Source of the DNA: a virus
Taxonomy: Duplodnaviria; Caudoviricetes
Virus record (IMG/VR): IMGVR_UViG_3300033067_000274
Span: 1 to 30,548 of that record
Reading direction: 5' to 3' (one strand)
Length of the DNA stretch: 30,548 bases
In this document: piece after piece, positions 1 to 8,362 of the stretch
How positions within the stretch are numbered: position 1 is the stretch's first letter
Layout of the letters: every line of letters starts with the position of its first letter
The notes under the pieces: model-generated
Seen by the model: the letters and a program-made list of their open reading frames with translations, nothing else
Told to the model about the DNA's origin: nothing
The model's database searches: none
Position numbers and translations under genes: made by a program

Positions 1-107
1 TCGTTGACAGCCTTTGACTTGATGGACGCCACCCAGCCCCACACAGCGACGAGAGCAACGGCACCAATCGTCACGAATCCCTGCAGGGACCGGAAGAACT
101 CAATCAT
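1..107 (-). CDS. Partial gene (5' end only): N-terminal membrane-anchored protein, candidate i-spanin (Rz-like)
   Basis: ATG at 107 overlaps the endolysin stop (ATGA) with GGAGG upstream; reads MIEFFRSLQGFVTIGAVALVAVWGWVASIKSKAVN with one TM helix; follows the endolysin; runs off the window edge. Not in the ORF track. Confidence 0.6.
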   Translation of the reverse strand, partial: MIEFFRSLQGFVTIGAVALVAVWGWVASIKSKAVN

Positions 108-1000
108 GCGGTCCTCCGCAGGTAGAAGATCAGCCCGCCGGCGGCGAGCAGGATCAGAGCCGGAACGCCCCAGGTCGTCAGGTCAACGCCTGCCAATAGC
201 TGGCTCGTGTTACCCTTGAGCGCGACGGCAGATGACGTTACCCCGACGGGATCACCCATGAGGTAGTTGGCAATAAGTGTGCCGGTACCGCCCTTCAGTG
301 CAGGCTTGCCCACCGAGACAAGCGTGCTCGCCTCAACGGTCTCATCGAACTTGTCCGGCGTGCCCCGCTCGCCCCAAATGCTCCACGCCCGAGCGAACCA
401 TTCTTTCCGATCGTCGAGGTTCACAGGTCTGACGTTGCTCGTGGCCGATCCGGTATTGATGGCCTTCGACACTTTCACGATGTCGTTCTCGTCAGCCCAC
501 GTGCAGCACTGCGATTCCTTCCATTCCAGGCACGCGAACTTGAGCAGGATGCCGAGATCATCGAGAATGTGAGGACCGACCTCGATCCCGAGCTTCCGGG
601 CGTAGAGCTCGACCGCAGCCCGCCCGGTCGTCTGCAGGAACCCGGCGCCGCGGAAGTCGTAGCCGTCCGATGTCCCCTTCCGGTTCCCCATGCGGCCGCC
701 GTAGACGGCATCGGCCAGCTTCACGGGATCCGCGCAAAGCGCCTTGAGTTCGGCCGTGGGCTTGTTCCTGAACCGTGACGGCCAGACCTCCCGCAAGCGC
801 TGAGGCTTGTAGGCCATGCTCTCTCTGATGATTGTGAAGCCGCCGGTCTCGTGGCCGACCTGGGCCATGAAATGCGCAATGCGATAGGCGCTGTCGAGGA
901 TGCCGGCGTCGCGCAACGTCTCCATGCCCGCCATGAGCGCATCGACGTAGGCAGGCTTTGCCTTTGGCGCGAACCGCTTGATGTCCTCTCGAGTAATCAT
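104..1000 (-). CDS. Endolysin, glycoside hydrolase family 19 (chitinase-like), with hydrophobic C-terminal tail
   Basis: AHFMAQVGHETGGF..E catalytic motif, GNR...DGYDFRGAGFLQTTGR and VSKAIN motifs typical of phage GH19; C-terminal WGVPALILLAAGGLIFYLRR is TM-like. Confidence 0.9.
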   Translation of the reverse strand: MITREDIKRFAPKAKPAYVDALMAGMETLRDAGILDSAYRIAHFMAQVGHETGGFTIIRESMAYKPQRLREVWPSRFRNKPTAELKALCADPVKLADAVYGGRMGNRKGTSDGYDFRGAGFLQTTGRAAVELYARKLGIEVGPHILDDLGILLKFACLEWKESQCCTWADENDIVKVSKAINTGSATSNVRPVNLDDRKEWFARAWSIWGERGTPDKFDETVEASTLVSVGKPALKGGTGTLIANYLMGDPVGVTSSAVALKGNTSQLLAGVDLTTWGVPALILLAAGGLIFYLRRTA

Positions 1001-1029
1001 AGCTCGAGCCCGCGTTGAGAGAGCTTCAT
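997..1029 (-). pseudogene. 10-codon mini-ORF MKLSQRGLEL, probable relic N-terminus of a GH24-type lysozyme
   Basis: ATG at 1029 overlaps the upstream stop (ATGA) and its TGA overlaps the endolysin ATG at 1000 (ATGA); peptide resembles the MKxSxxGLxLIKxFEG start of phage GH24 lysozymes. Confidence 0.55.
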
Positions 1030-3221
1030 AGGTCGCCGTCCCTCATGGAGTTGGACCAATGGGGCTGGGAAACAGGTTGGCCGTAGTAGGGGGATAGGAG
1101 ATTCAACGCGGGACCGTAGGGGACGCCGTTGGCGTAGAGCTCCTGGCCTGTGATCCTCACGTCAGATGGGTCGAAGATCGTGCCGTATCGTCCATAATCG
1201 CTCGATTGATCCTTGACGCCGGAGTAACCGTACCTGCGAAGGACAGGCGCAAGCGCATGGCTCATTTCCGTCGAACCTGCGTCAATGCCAGACCGGCCAG
1301 CAATATCCTCAGCCAGTCTGAGGTAGTCGTTGTACGGCATCAACGAGCCTCGATATTGAGCCGACAGCAGGCGTCGAGGCCCTTCGCCGGAGAACTGCTC
1401 TGAGTCAGGAATGATGCTCTTCGTGGCCGCTTTCCCTTGCCCGACATAGACGCCGGGACCTAGCGCGCCTTCCGAGCTTGGACGGAGTTGCTCGAATGGC
1501 GCTGCGTTGGTCGCGTGGTACCAGGTCTGCCCAAACGGCAATGCATCGACCGGATTTTCTGCAAGACCGCTGTAACGGCCGATCCCAGCCTGATAGGCAA
1601 GCGCATTATCCAGGTCTCTCTGGGCTCGCTCTAAGGTCTCTGGGCGATACCAGCGTGCATTTGCTGCCTTGTCTTTCTGGGCAATAGCGAGGTCGCTCTT
1701 GGCCTGCCGGATGACGGAATCGATGTTGCCGCCACTTTGAAGCAATGCTTCGTTCAGGTCTGGGTCGTCAGCGTACCGGCCGGACAGTCTAGATGGATTG
1801 ATCTCTACATCACGGCCGCGAACAGAGACAGTCGGAGGCGGATTGTTGTGCCCGATGCCAGGCCGGTCGAGCGCATTGACTGCAGCACCAGTCGCAGCGC
1901 CCTGGTGGCCGCCGTTGGCGTAGAGGCCTTGCGAAAACCGTGTGGGAAGCGTCGCCGACGCACCGCTGTTGTGACCAAATAGAGGGTTGTCGCTGCCCCA
2001 TTCCGCTTCAGCTTGTTGGATTGCACGCTCGTGGTCGCGGAGTCGCTCCGTGTTGGCATCACGTCGTTTCGTTCCGGCCTGTCGGATCCAATCATTGGAC
2101 TCCAAGCTCATGCCAAGGTTTGATTCATAGAATGGACGGAGCATTCGGTTGGCGAACCGCTGCCACGGCGTCACGTTGTCGATCTGATCGCCGTACGGTG
2201 TGTCTTGGGTCTTCCAGGGCGGCGTCATCCGCCGCTCTTCTGGAGTCATGTTCAGTCGCGCCTCGACGTTCCTGGCTTCGACCTCTCCCATCGTTGGCTT
2301 ATAGATATCGCTATAGGCGGGATCGTATCCAAGCGCGCGGTCCAACGAATTGGGGGGACTGTAATCCGGGTCGCCCTTGGCCCAGGCCAGATTGGTGCCT
2401 GTGGCGAACCCTTCGCGCCGCTGCAGCTCGTGCTGAAGCTCGTGCGCCGCGATCTGTGGGATTTTGTCCGCCGGGCCTTCCGCGACAATTCTTCCGCGAG
2501 CCCATCCACCATTCTCTGCAACGTCTTGCCCGGCCTTTATGTCAAGCCGTCGCGTGCCGAGGTCTGGATAGGCCGCAAGCAAGTTCGGGTGCGATAGCGA
2601 ACCGCTCAGACCCTGCTGGGTCTCTTCGGTGTAGCCCTTGCCAAATCCGAACAGGTTCCTTTTCTCGGCACCGGGCGTATAGGAGAAGTTGGAATCGTCG
2701 ATCTCGAAGCGAGGCTTTCCATCTGCCCCATAGTGAACGCCAGCATACGGCGTACCCTCAAGCGATGCGCTGGTGCGATCGTAGATCCGAACCGGATCGG
2801 CACCTTCCGCCTTCAATTTCGCGGCCATGTCCATAGCGCGAAGGGGTCTGAGTTCTCCGGCCTTGGCGAGATTCTCGGCCGCGAGGCGTCCTCCAAACGT
2901 GCCGAGCGTGTTTGTCGGCTTCGGTGCAGCAAACCCGCCAACCATGGCCGCTCCTGCCACGTTGAACGCATCTTCTGCCGACGGCTTTTCTCCCTGTGCA
3001 GCGGCCTGATACATCCGGTTCCAAGATTCAACTGGCTCCGTCACGAATCCAGGGAAGGCCAGTCCCGTCTGTCCATTCGGATAGGTTCCAAGCGGGAGCA
3101 ATCCTGCGCGTTCCACCGGAGCCTGGTCGTAATAGGTCGGGCGGTCGTATTGGGAGGCCATGAGCGCATTGCCGATCCGGCGGCGCTGATCGGGTGCGAG
3201 GTAGTTGACGGGCTCGCTCAT
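1026..3221 (-). CDS. Polyvalent protein: LPD23-like domain (HExxH) plus C-terminal ADP-ribosyltransferase-like (ART-PolyVal-type) domain; probable injected virion protein
   Basis: GADGKPRFEIDDS, HPNLLAAYPDL, HELQHELQRREGF and GEVEARNVEARL match the LPD23 pattern; WYHAT...GALGPGVYV...GYSGV...IFDPSDVR matches ART-PolyVal-like domains. Confidence 0.75.
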   Translation of the reverse strand: MSEPVNYLAPDQRRRIGNALMASQYDRPTYYDQAPVERAGLLPLGTYPNGQTGLAFPGFVTEPVESWNRMYQAAAQGEKPSAEDAFNVAGAAMVGGFAAPKPTNTLGTFGGRLAAENLAKAGELRPLRAMDMAAKLKAEGADPVRIYDRTSASLEGTPYAGVHYGADGKPRFEIDDSNFSYTPGAEKRNLFGFGKGYTEETQQGLSGSLSHPNLLAAYPDLGTRRLDIKAGQDVAENGGWARGRIVAEGPADKIPQIAAHELQHELQRREGFATGTNLAWAKGDPDYSPPNSLDRALGYDPAYSDIYKPTMGEVEARNVEARLNMTPEERRMTPPWKTQDTPYGDQIDNVTPWQRFANRMLRPFYESNLGMSLESNDWIRQAGTKRRDANTERLRDHERAIQQAEAEWGSDNPLFGHNSGASATLPTRFSQGLYANGGHQGAATGAAVNALDRPGIGHNNPPPTVSVRGRDVEINPSRLSGRYADDPDLNEALLQSGGNIDSVIRQAKSDLAIAQKDKAANARWYRPETLERAQRDLDNALAYQAGIGRYSGLAENPVDALPFGQTWYHATNAAPFEQLRPSSEGALGPGVYVGQGKAATKSIIPDSEQFSGEGPRRLLSAQYRGSLMPYNDYLRLAEDIAGRSGIDAGSTEMSHALAPVLRRYGYSGVKDQSSDYGRYGTIFDPSDVRITGQELYANGVPYGPALNLLSPYYGQPVSQPHWSNSMRDGDL
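1124..1925. repeat. 16-bp exact direct repeat CGCCGTTGGCGTAGAG at 1124-1139 and 1910-1925 (both encode LYANG)
   Basis: Read directly; copies are 786 nt (262 codons) apart, in frame within the 1026..3221 gene. Confidence 0.9.
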
Positions 3222-3478
3222 GCCGCCCCCCTGATGTTGACCGACACGCTGGAAATACGCTCGTCCAAAGCCTTGCAGATGCGGCGGGTTTCGCGGGCGT
3301 CCTCGTCGCGCTGGCGTTCGAGCTCGGCCACCTTGAGGCCCAACCGGTTCAAGAGCTCGGCCATCTCACGCAGGTAGGTCTTGACCTCTTCGGGTAGGCT
3401 CTCGACATGGGTGATTTCGCGCGTGTGCGTGCCCGCCTTCTTGCGGCGTGCAAGCTCGATTACGGGGTCGTTGGCCAT
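3218..3478 (-). CDS. Hypothetical coiled-coil protein (86 aa)
   Basis: Overlaps both neighbours in the operon, ATGA coupling to the next gene; heptad-like LKVAELERQRDEDARE. Confidence 0.7.
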   Translation of the reverse strand: MANDPVIELARRKKAGTHTREITHVESLPEEVKTYLREMAELLNRLGLKVAELERQRDEDARETRRICKALDERISSVSVNIRGAA

Positions 3479-4008
3479 TGAACCGCCTCGTAGGCCGCTT
3501 TTGCAGATGCGGCATCCGACGCGGAACTGATTGCAGCCTTGGCCAGAACGCTTGTGGCGTTGATCTGGGCCTCGATCGACTTGAATGCGAGATAGGTGGT
3601 GTGAACGAGAGCGGCAGCGGCTTCGAGCGAGATGCCGCGCGCTTCAGCTTCGGCCGCAAGGATCGGAACCAAATCCGGGCTGACGTTCATCGGATCATCG
3701 AGGACGAGCCGGGCTTCTGCGAGCTTCTCCTGGTAGCTCATCGCCTTGCCGGAGCCGGACGTGATGTAGCGCAAGCGCTCACGCTCCGCGTCATCGTCTA
3801 CTTGGGTTAGAAGGGCGGACTTGATCTGATCAAGCGGAACCTCTGAGCGAACCACCAGCACGCGGTTCTCCTCGATCACGATATCGCTGAGGTCACCGCC
3901 GCCCTCGTAAACCACAGGCGTCCAAAGGTGCGCCTTGTGGGGCGGTATACTTTCGATCTCACGTCGTTCTACAATGACGCCATTTTCAACACGTGCATAT
4001 TCAGCCAT
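3460..4008 (-). CDS. Tail fibre-associated/assembly protein
   Basis: YARVENGVIVE N-terminus and helical VDDDAERERLRYIT...YQEKLAEA...PILAAEAEARG region resemble tail fibre assembly proteins; lies downstream of the fibre genes. Confidence 0.65.
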   Translation of the reverse strand: MAEYARVENGVIVERREIESIPPHKAHLWTPVVYEGGGDLSDIVIEENRVLVVRSEVPLDQIKSALLTQVDDDAERERLRYITSGSGKAMSYQEKLAEARLVLDDPMNVSPDLVPILAAEAEARGISLEAAAALVHTTYLAFKSIEAQINATSVLAKAAISSASDAASAKAAYEAVQWPTTP

Positions 4009-4011
4009 GTT

Positions 4012-4206
4012 TTAGCGCTCCAGTTCTTTGAGTGCAGCGGTTGCTTGCGAGATCCCTTGGACGGCCCGCGTCAGCGCTCGCACTTGCTGGACGATGCGCG
4101 GCTCCTCTGGTGACCAAGCCGATTTGATCTCAGTGATGCGAGCTTCGATACGCTGAGCAATGGCATCCAGCATCGCGGCTTCCTCGTTCATGCGATGCCC
4201 ACTCAT
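4012..4206 (-). CDS. Hypothetical helical protein (64 aa)
   Basis: ATGA overlap with upstream gene; exactly fills the operon gap. Confidence 0.6.
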   Translation of the reverse strand: MSGHRMNEEAAMLDAIAQRIEARITEIKSAWSPEEPRIVQQVRALTRAVQGISQATAALKELER

Positions 4207-5066
4207 GTGAGGTAACGCACGATCACGACGCCAGAGCCGCCGTTTCCGCCACTTGAGTTAGCGACGCCTGCCTGACGTCCACCACCACCGCCGCCGCCGC
4301 CAGTGTTCGCGGTTCCGGCCACGCCAGCGTTCAAGACGGACCCATTGTAATAGCCGCCAGCGCCGCCGCCGCCGGCACCGCCCGATGCCGAAGAGGTCGA
4401 TACGGCTGAGTTGACGCCACCGCCGCCGCCACCTGCATAAGTGACAGCGGACCCGGAAATGCTGCTCGATGTGCCGGCGCCGCCCGCGCCCGCGCCGCTG
4501 CCTGATCCAGCAGAGCCAACCGCTCCCGCACCACCACCGCCGCCGCCCGCATTGGTTGCACCGTTGCCGCCGTTGCTGCCCTGTCCGCCTGTCCCTGCGC
4601 CGCCGTTCGTTGGATTGCCGGAGCCACCGCCACCGGAACCGCCGCTGCGCCCGGTGGCTGCTGCCGCGCCGCCACCGCCGCCACCCGTGGCGGTGATGGT
4701 GCTCGACCCGGCAAAAACTGAGCTCCCGCCATCACCGCCGGATGTTCCATCCGATGTTGCTCCGGTCCCACCGTTGCCGACCGTGACAGCATATGAGCCG
4801 ACACCAAGCGATTGCGAGCCCGTCAGCATGCCGCCGGCACCGCCGCCGCCTCCTGAAACAAGGTCGCGCCCACCACCGCCACCGCCCGCGACCACAAGGT
4901 ATTCAACCGTCCCCGAGCCGCCCGTAATCTGGAACGTGCCACTCGATGTGAACGTGTGGATCGTATAGCCGCCGGCATTGGTGATGGTTCCGCCCGTCGC
5001 GGTCATGGAAATCGCGCCAGCCCGCCGCGCCCCGAACCCGATCAATTGATTGACAGCTAAGCTCAT
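4203..5066 (-). CDS. Glycine-rich virion protein, probable receptor-binding/adhesin (polyglycine type II-like)
   Basis: ATGGTIT..GGYTIHTFTSSGTF, VEYLVVAGGGGGG, NTGGGGGGG and GGSGVVIVRY are typical of phage glycine-rich domain proteins; GAGG RBS; follows the tail fibre. Confidence 0.85.
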   Translation of the reverse strand: MSLAVNQLIGFGARRAGAISMTATGGTITNAGGYTIHTFTSSGTFQITGGSGTVEYLVVAGGGGGGRDLVSGGGGGAGGMLTGSQSLGVGSYAVTVGNGGTGATSDGTSGGDGGSSVFAGSSTITATGGGGGGAAAATGRSGGSGGGGSGNPTNGGAGTGGQGSNGGNGATNAGGGGGGAGAVGSAGSGSGAGAGGAGTSSSISGSAVTYAGGGGGGVNSAVSTSSASGGAGGGGAGGYYNGSVLNAGVAGTANTGGGGGGGGRQAGVANSSGGNGGSGVVIVRYLT

Positions 5067-5075
5067 GGATTCACC

Positions 5076-8000
5076 TCACGCGTCATTGGTGGCGTTGGTG
5101 GTGAAGTAGAGCGTGACGCCATGCAGGCGCGCATCGATCGCCATGGTGTCGGAGCCGTCAGCGGGAACCCGCTTGACCTGGAACACCACCCAGTCTTGTG
5201 CCGCTGGCGTGCTGCCAATCGTCATCGCCGGCGTGGCGCTCGTTACGTAAAGCATGTTCGTGGTACCGCCCGTATCGGCGATCTGCTGCGCCGTACCAAA
5301 TGCGGTGTCACCAGCTTCGGCATCCGAAAGCGATACCGCCTCCAATGCCCACACGACGCCGAAGTTGGTGGTCGTCGAGGCGTGGCTCCAAGTGAACACC
5401 GCCGTGACCGTGCCGACGTTCCAGCTCTTGGGCATGCGCACAGCGAACTGTGCGAACTCCTGCGTGGTGGTGTCGAAATCCAAGGTCGAGAACATCACCT
5501 TGTTGGTCGTGGTCTCGACGGTTCCAACAGCCGCCCCGTTGGTGGTGCGGGCGGTCATCGCGGCAGCTGGAACGTAGATCGTCTCTACGCCTGCACTCTT
5601 GAGTGTTCCTCCAGCTGAGGGGAATGCAATGATACCGCCCGATGTCAGTTTTACCGACGTGTACAGGATAGGCTGCATAGAGCAGTACCACTGCGTGGTG
5701 GAACCAGCCCAGAACTCCATCCAGCAGCCGCCACTAGCGGCCTGAATAGGGTTATTTGCTCCACCACCGTCGATCTGAGCTCCAGTGGCAGGGTAGATAT
5801 TGACTGCGTTGGCTCCCCAGTTGATGACGACAACGCGGCGCCCAGCAGTTGCGGTCGGAAGCGTTACGCCACTAGGGGCGCTGGCAGCTGTCGCAACCAC
5901 GTTGATATCGGCAGTAAGTGCGCCCTGCCCTTGGGCGTTCGTTCCAGCTGTTACGCTTGCAAAGGAGTAAGTCTCGCCGGCGAGTGCCGGTGTCGTGAGA
6001 CTCGGCGAATTAGCGAACACAAGTGCGCCTGTCCCGGTCTCGTCGGTCAATGCGGCCGCTAAATTCGCAGAAGATGGAGTGGTGAGGAAAGTTTCTACGC
6101 CTGTGCCAGGTGCGACCACCGAGGCTACACCAGACGTCGCCTTGACGAGTCCCGAGCCGGTCATCCGCTTTATCGTCTTGCCGCCGGTTCCGCTGAACAG
6201 CGCGATTTCACTATCGACAGATGAAGATTGGCCCGTGACATCACCACTGCCGGCCCCATCCGCCCCCTTGTTCCCCGTGCGGACAAACACCACGGAAACG
6301 ATGGCATCGTTCGCAATCGTGCCTGCGCCGCCGATATACGTGACCGGGAAGGTGTCATAGGCGCCCTGGTCCGTGAGGCTGCCGGTGATCTCATACTCGA
6401 GAAAATTCGTCCCCGGTGCCGCCACATCGAGAATGCGGATAACCCCCTTGGAGGTGTTGGTCGAGTCGTCCCATGTGGCGATATAGGCGGACTGGGACGC
6501 GCTCTGGCGATTGCTCTCCGAGATGTTGAGCTGCGTGGCGCTGGCCGGCGTGGCGTGATTGACCAGGACCTTGCCGGTGCCAGGGTCGCCGGATGTGCTG
6601 GTGCTCCAGGCGTAATCGAGGCCGACGTTGGGGCCGGTCGCTCCGGTGGCACCCGCTGAACCTGTTGCACCGGGCGCTCCCGTCGCTCCGGTGGCGCCCG
6701 TGGAACCAGTTGCACCGGTGACACCCTGCAGCCCCTGAATGCCGCGCGGTCCCTGCATGCTCCCAAGGTCAAGGATTTCTACTTGGCAATAGGTCTCCGC
6801 CACGCCATGGCTTTTAGGATTACCCAGCGTGCCGGCGCCATTGGTATAGTATTGGAGCTCGAAGACTTTGGTGGCGCTGATGTCGATGTCCGCCAGAAGA
6901 ACAGCGGTGTCGGTGTGCTGTATCGACCCGGTTGTCACGACGGTGCGATACCAATCGCTGTACGCCACCCCAACGCTGTCCGTGGCGTTCCAAAGACGCA
7001 GCCCAAAAATGTAGTCGGTGCTCGCGCCGCCGAAAAAGAACGCCTGCGACGCCGTGAGCTTGTACTTTCCAGCCGGCAGCGTGATCTGGCTCGAGGCAAG
7101 CGAGGCATCGGCCGGCGCGCCATTTGCGGCCAGGATCGTGTTTCTGGTGACAGTGTTGAGCGTTCGCTTCGTGTAGGCCGACGTCGTTGCAGTCGTGGCG
7201 GCTGTGCCCGACGGTTGCTGGTTCTCGATCAGCATCCGCCGCAGCGTCGATGTTGTCGGCGCAGTCACGTTGGTGAGATCGACCCACGCCGATCCGCGAT
7301 ACTGGATCAGAAGATCGTCGCTCTGGACATAGGCCATCCAACCGCAATCGGCGGAGGGCTGATACCTGATCCAGCCGCCCTGGCCATCAGCCCGCACGAG
7401 ATCATGCTCAGCGTAGGAGGACCATGCGCCGGTGGGCGAACCCGTGATGACGTAGAAGGCGCCAGCGGCAGGAGAGGTTGGCGGCGCCGTCAGGCGCGAG
7501 ACCACCGGGAGCGGCATAGGATGGGTCAGACGCGGGTCGGTGTGCTCGACCACGAGCCAGTTGGCGCCGTTGGAAACAAGACGCACGGATTCCCCACCGC
7601 CCACGAGCGCGATCGCATTGGACAGCGCCATGCCGTCCGCAATCGTCTGGCTCGAGACGGTCGCGATCTTGATCGCATTGGTGGTCGTGGTGCCGGCATG
7701 ACGAACGATGACGGAGAAGGCATCGCCAACGGCTGTTGCATCCGGCAGCGTCATGGCGAACGCTGAGCCGGTCGGATCGCAATTGAACAGCTTCGAAGCG
7801 TCGGCCTCGAGGATGGTGTAGTCGGAAGTCTTCGAGACGACCGATGAAATCGCGCTGCCGCCGCCACCGCCTGGCGTCAGGGCCGAGGTATCCTGCGCCA
7901 TCTGCACGTTGTCATAGGTCGCGATCGTGGCGCCATCGGCATCCTTGACCACCAGCTTGACGAGCGCGGCCCCGGTATAGATCAGGACTTTTGTGGATGA

Positions 8001-8201
8001 GCCCTGCGAGGCCACGGGATGGCCGCCGGAATCGAGGTACACCGTCGATCCCAGCGCAACCGACAGCGCCGCATCCGAATAGACGATCTTCGGCGTGCTG
8101 GTTCCAGCAGCATAAACGTCAATCGTTCCACCGGGGACAGTGCGCCCATCGACATCGACGACACGGCCTGAAGGTGGGATGATAAAGCCTGAGTCCGGCA
8201 T
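5076..8201 (-). CDS. Mosaic tail fibre protein (N-terminal virion-attachment domain, DUF2793-like segment, collagen-like repeat)
   Basis: 1041 aa, Thr/Gly/Ala rich; N-terminal GGTIDVYAAGTSTP..VYSD...YLDSGG as in podovirus fibre anchors; TAPPTSPAAGAFYVI..PTGAW...GW...P..GWMAYV is DUF2793-like; Gly-X-Y run. Confidence 0.85.
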   Translation of the reverse strand: MPDSGFIIPPSGRVVDVDGRTVPGGTIDVYAAGTSTPKIVYSDAALSVALGSTVYLDSGGHPVASQGSSTKVLIYTGAALVKLVVKDADGATIATYDNVQMAQDTSALTPGGGGGSAISSVVSKTSDYTILEADASKLFNCDPTGSAFAMTLPDATAVGDAFSVIVRHAGTTTTNAIKIATVSSQTIADGMALSNAIALVGGGESVRLVSNGANWLVVEHTDPRLTHPMPLPVVSRLTAPPTSPAAGAFYVITGSPTGAWSSYAEHDLVRADGQGGWIRYQPSADCGWMAYVQSDDLLIQYRGSAWVDLTNVTAPTTSTLRRMLIENQQPSGTAATTATTSAYTKRTLNTVTRNTILAANGAPADASLASSQITLPAGKYKLTASQAFFFGGASTDYIFGLRLWNATDSVGVAYSDWYRTVVTTGSIQHTDTAVLLADIDISATKVFELQYYTNGAGTLGNPKSHGVAETYCQVEILDLGSMQGPRGIQGLQGVTGATGSTGATGATGAPGATGSAGATGATGPNVGLDYAWSTSTSGDPGTGKVLVNHATPASATQLNISESNRQSASQSAYIATWDDSTNTSKGVIRILDVAAPGTNFLEYEITGSLTDQGAYDTFPVTYIGGAGTIANDAIVSVVFVRTGNKGADGAGSGDVTGQSSSVDSEIALFSGTGGKTIKRMTGSGLVKATSGVASVVAPGTGVETFLTTPSSANLAAALTDETGTGALVFANSPSLTTPALAGETYSFASVTAGTNAQGQGALTADINVVATAASAPSGVTLPTATAGRRVVVINWGANAVNIYPATGAQIDGGGANNPIQAASGGCWMEFWAGSTTQWYCSMQPILYTSVKLTSGGIIAFPSAGGTLKSAGVETIYVPAAAMTARTTNGAAVGTVETTTNKVMFSTLDFDTTTQEFAQFAVRMPKSWNVGTVTAVFTWSHASTTTNFGVVWALEAVSLSDAEAGDTAFGTAQQIADTGGTTNMLYVTSATPAMTIGSTPAAQDWVVFQVKRVPADGSDTMAIDARLHGVTLYFTTNATNDA
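6630..6755 (-). repeat. Collagen-like Gly-X-Y repeat (about 14 triplets) in the tail fibre
   Basis: QGPRGIQGLQGVTGATGSTGATGATGAPGATGSAGATGATGP; boundaries approximate. Confidence 0.85.
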
Positions 8202-8251
8202 GAGTCATCGTCCCGTGAAAGGGAGGGGAGAGGACGCGGAACGGGGGATGG

Positions 8252-8362
8252 ATGCAGAAGATTCAACGCGGACTGATCATCGCGGCGGGCGTGGCCCTGC
8301 TGATCGCGATGAAGATCGTCTTCATCTGGGTAAAGATGGACGTGATGCGGTCACTGCTGTGA
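8252..8362 (+). CDS. 36-aa single-TM micro-protein, antisense to the late operon; candidate superinfection exclusion factor
   Basis: MQKIQRGLIIAAGVALLIAMKIVFIWVKMDVMRSLL; purine-rich GGGGG upstream; occupies the 150-nt gap between two minus-strand genes. Not in the ORF track. Confidence 0.6.
   Translation: MQKIQRGLIIAAGVALLIAMKIVFIWVKMDVMRSLL

Noticed and set aside
4441-4968. Proline-rich 175-aa plus-strand ORF
   Set aside because: Antisense reading of the poly-Gly codons of the 4203-5066 gene.
4203-8201. Diversity-generating retroelement or invertible tail-fibre cassette
   Set aside because: No reverse transcriptase, invertase or template/variable repeat pair seen in the window.
1099-8271. 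13-bp match AGATTCAACGCGG at 1099-1111 and 8259-8271
   Set aside because: Several 13-mer matches are expected by chance in 30 kb and the contexts are unrelated.
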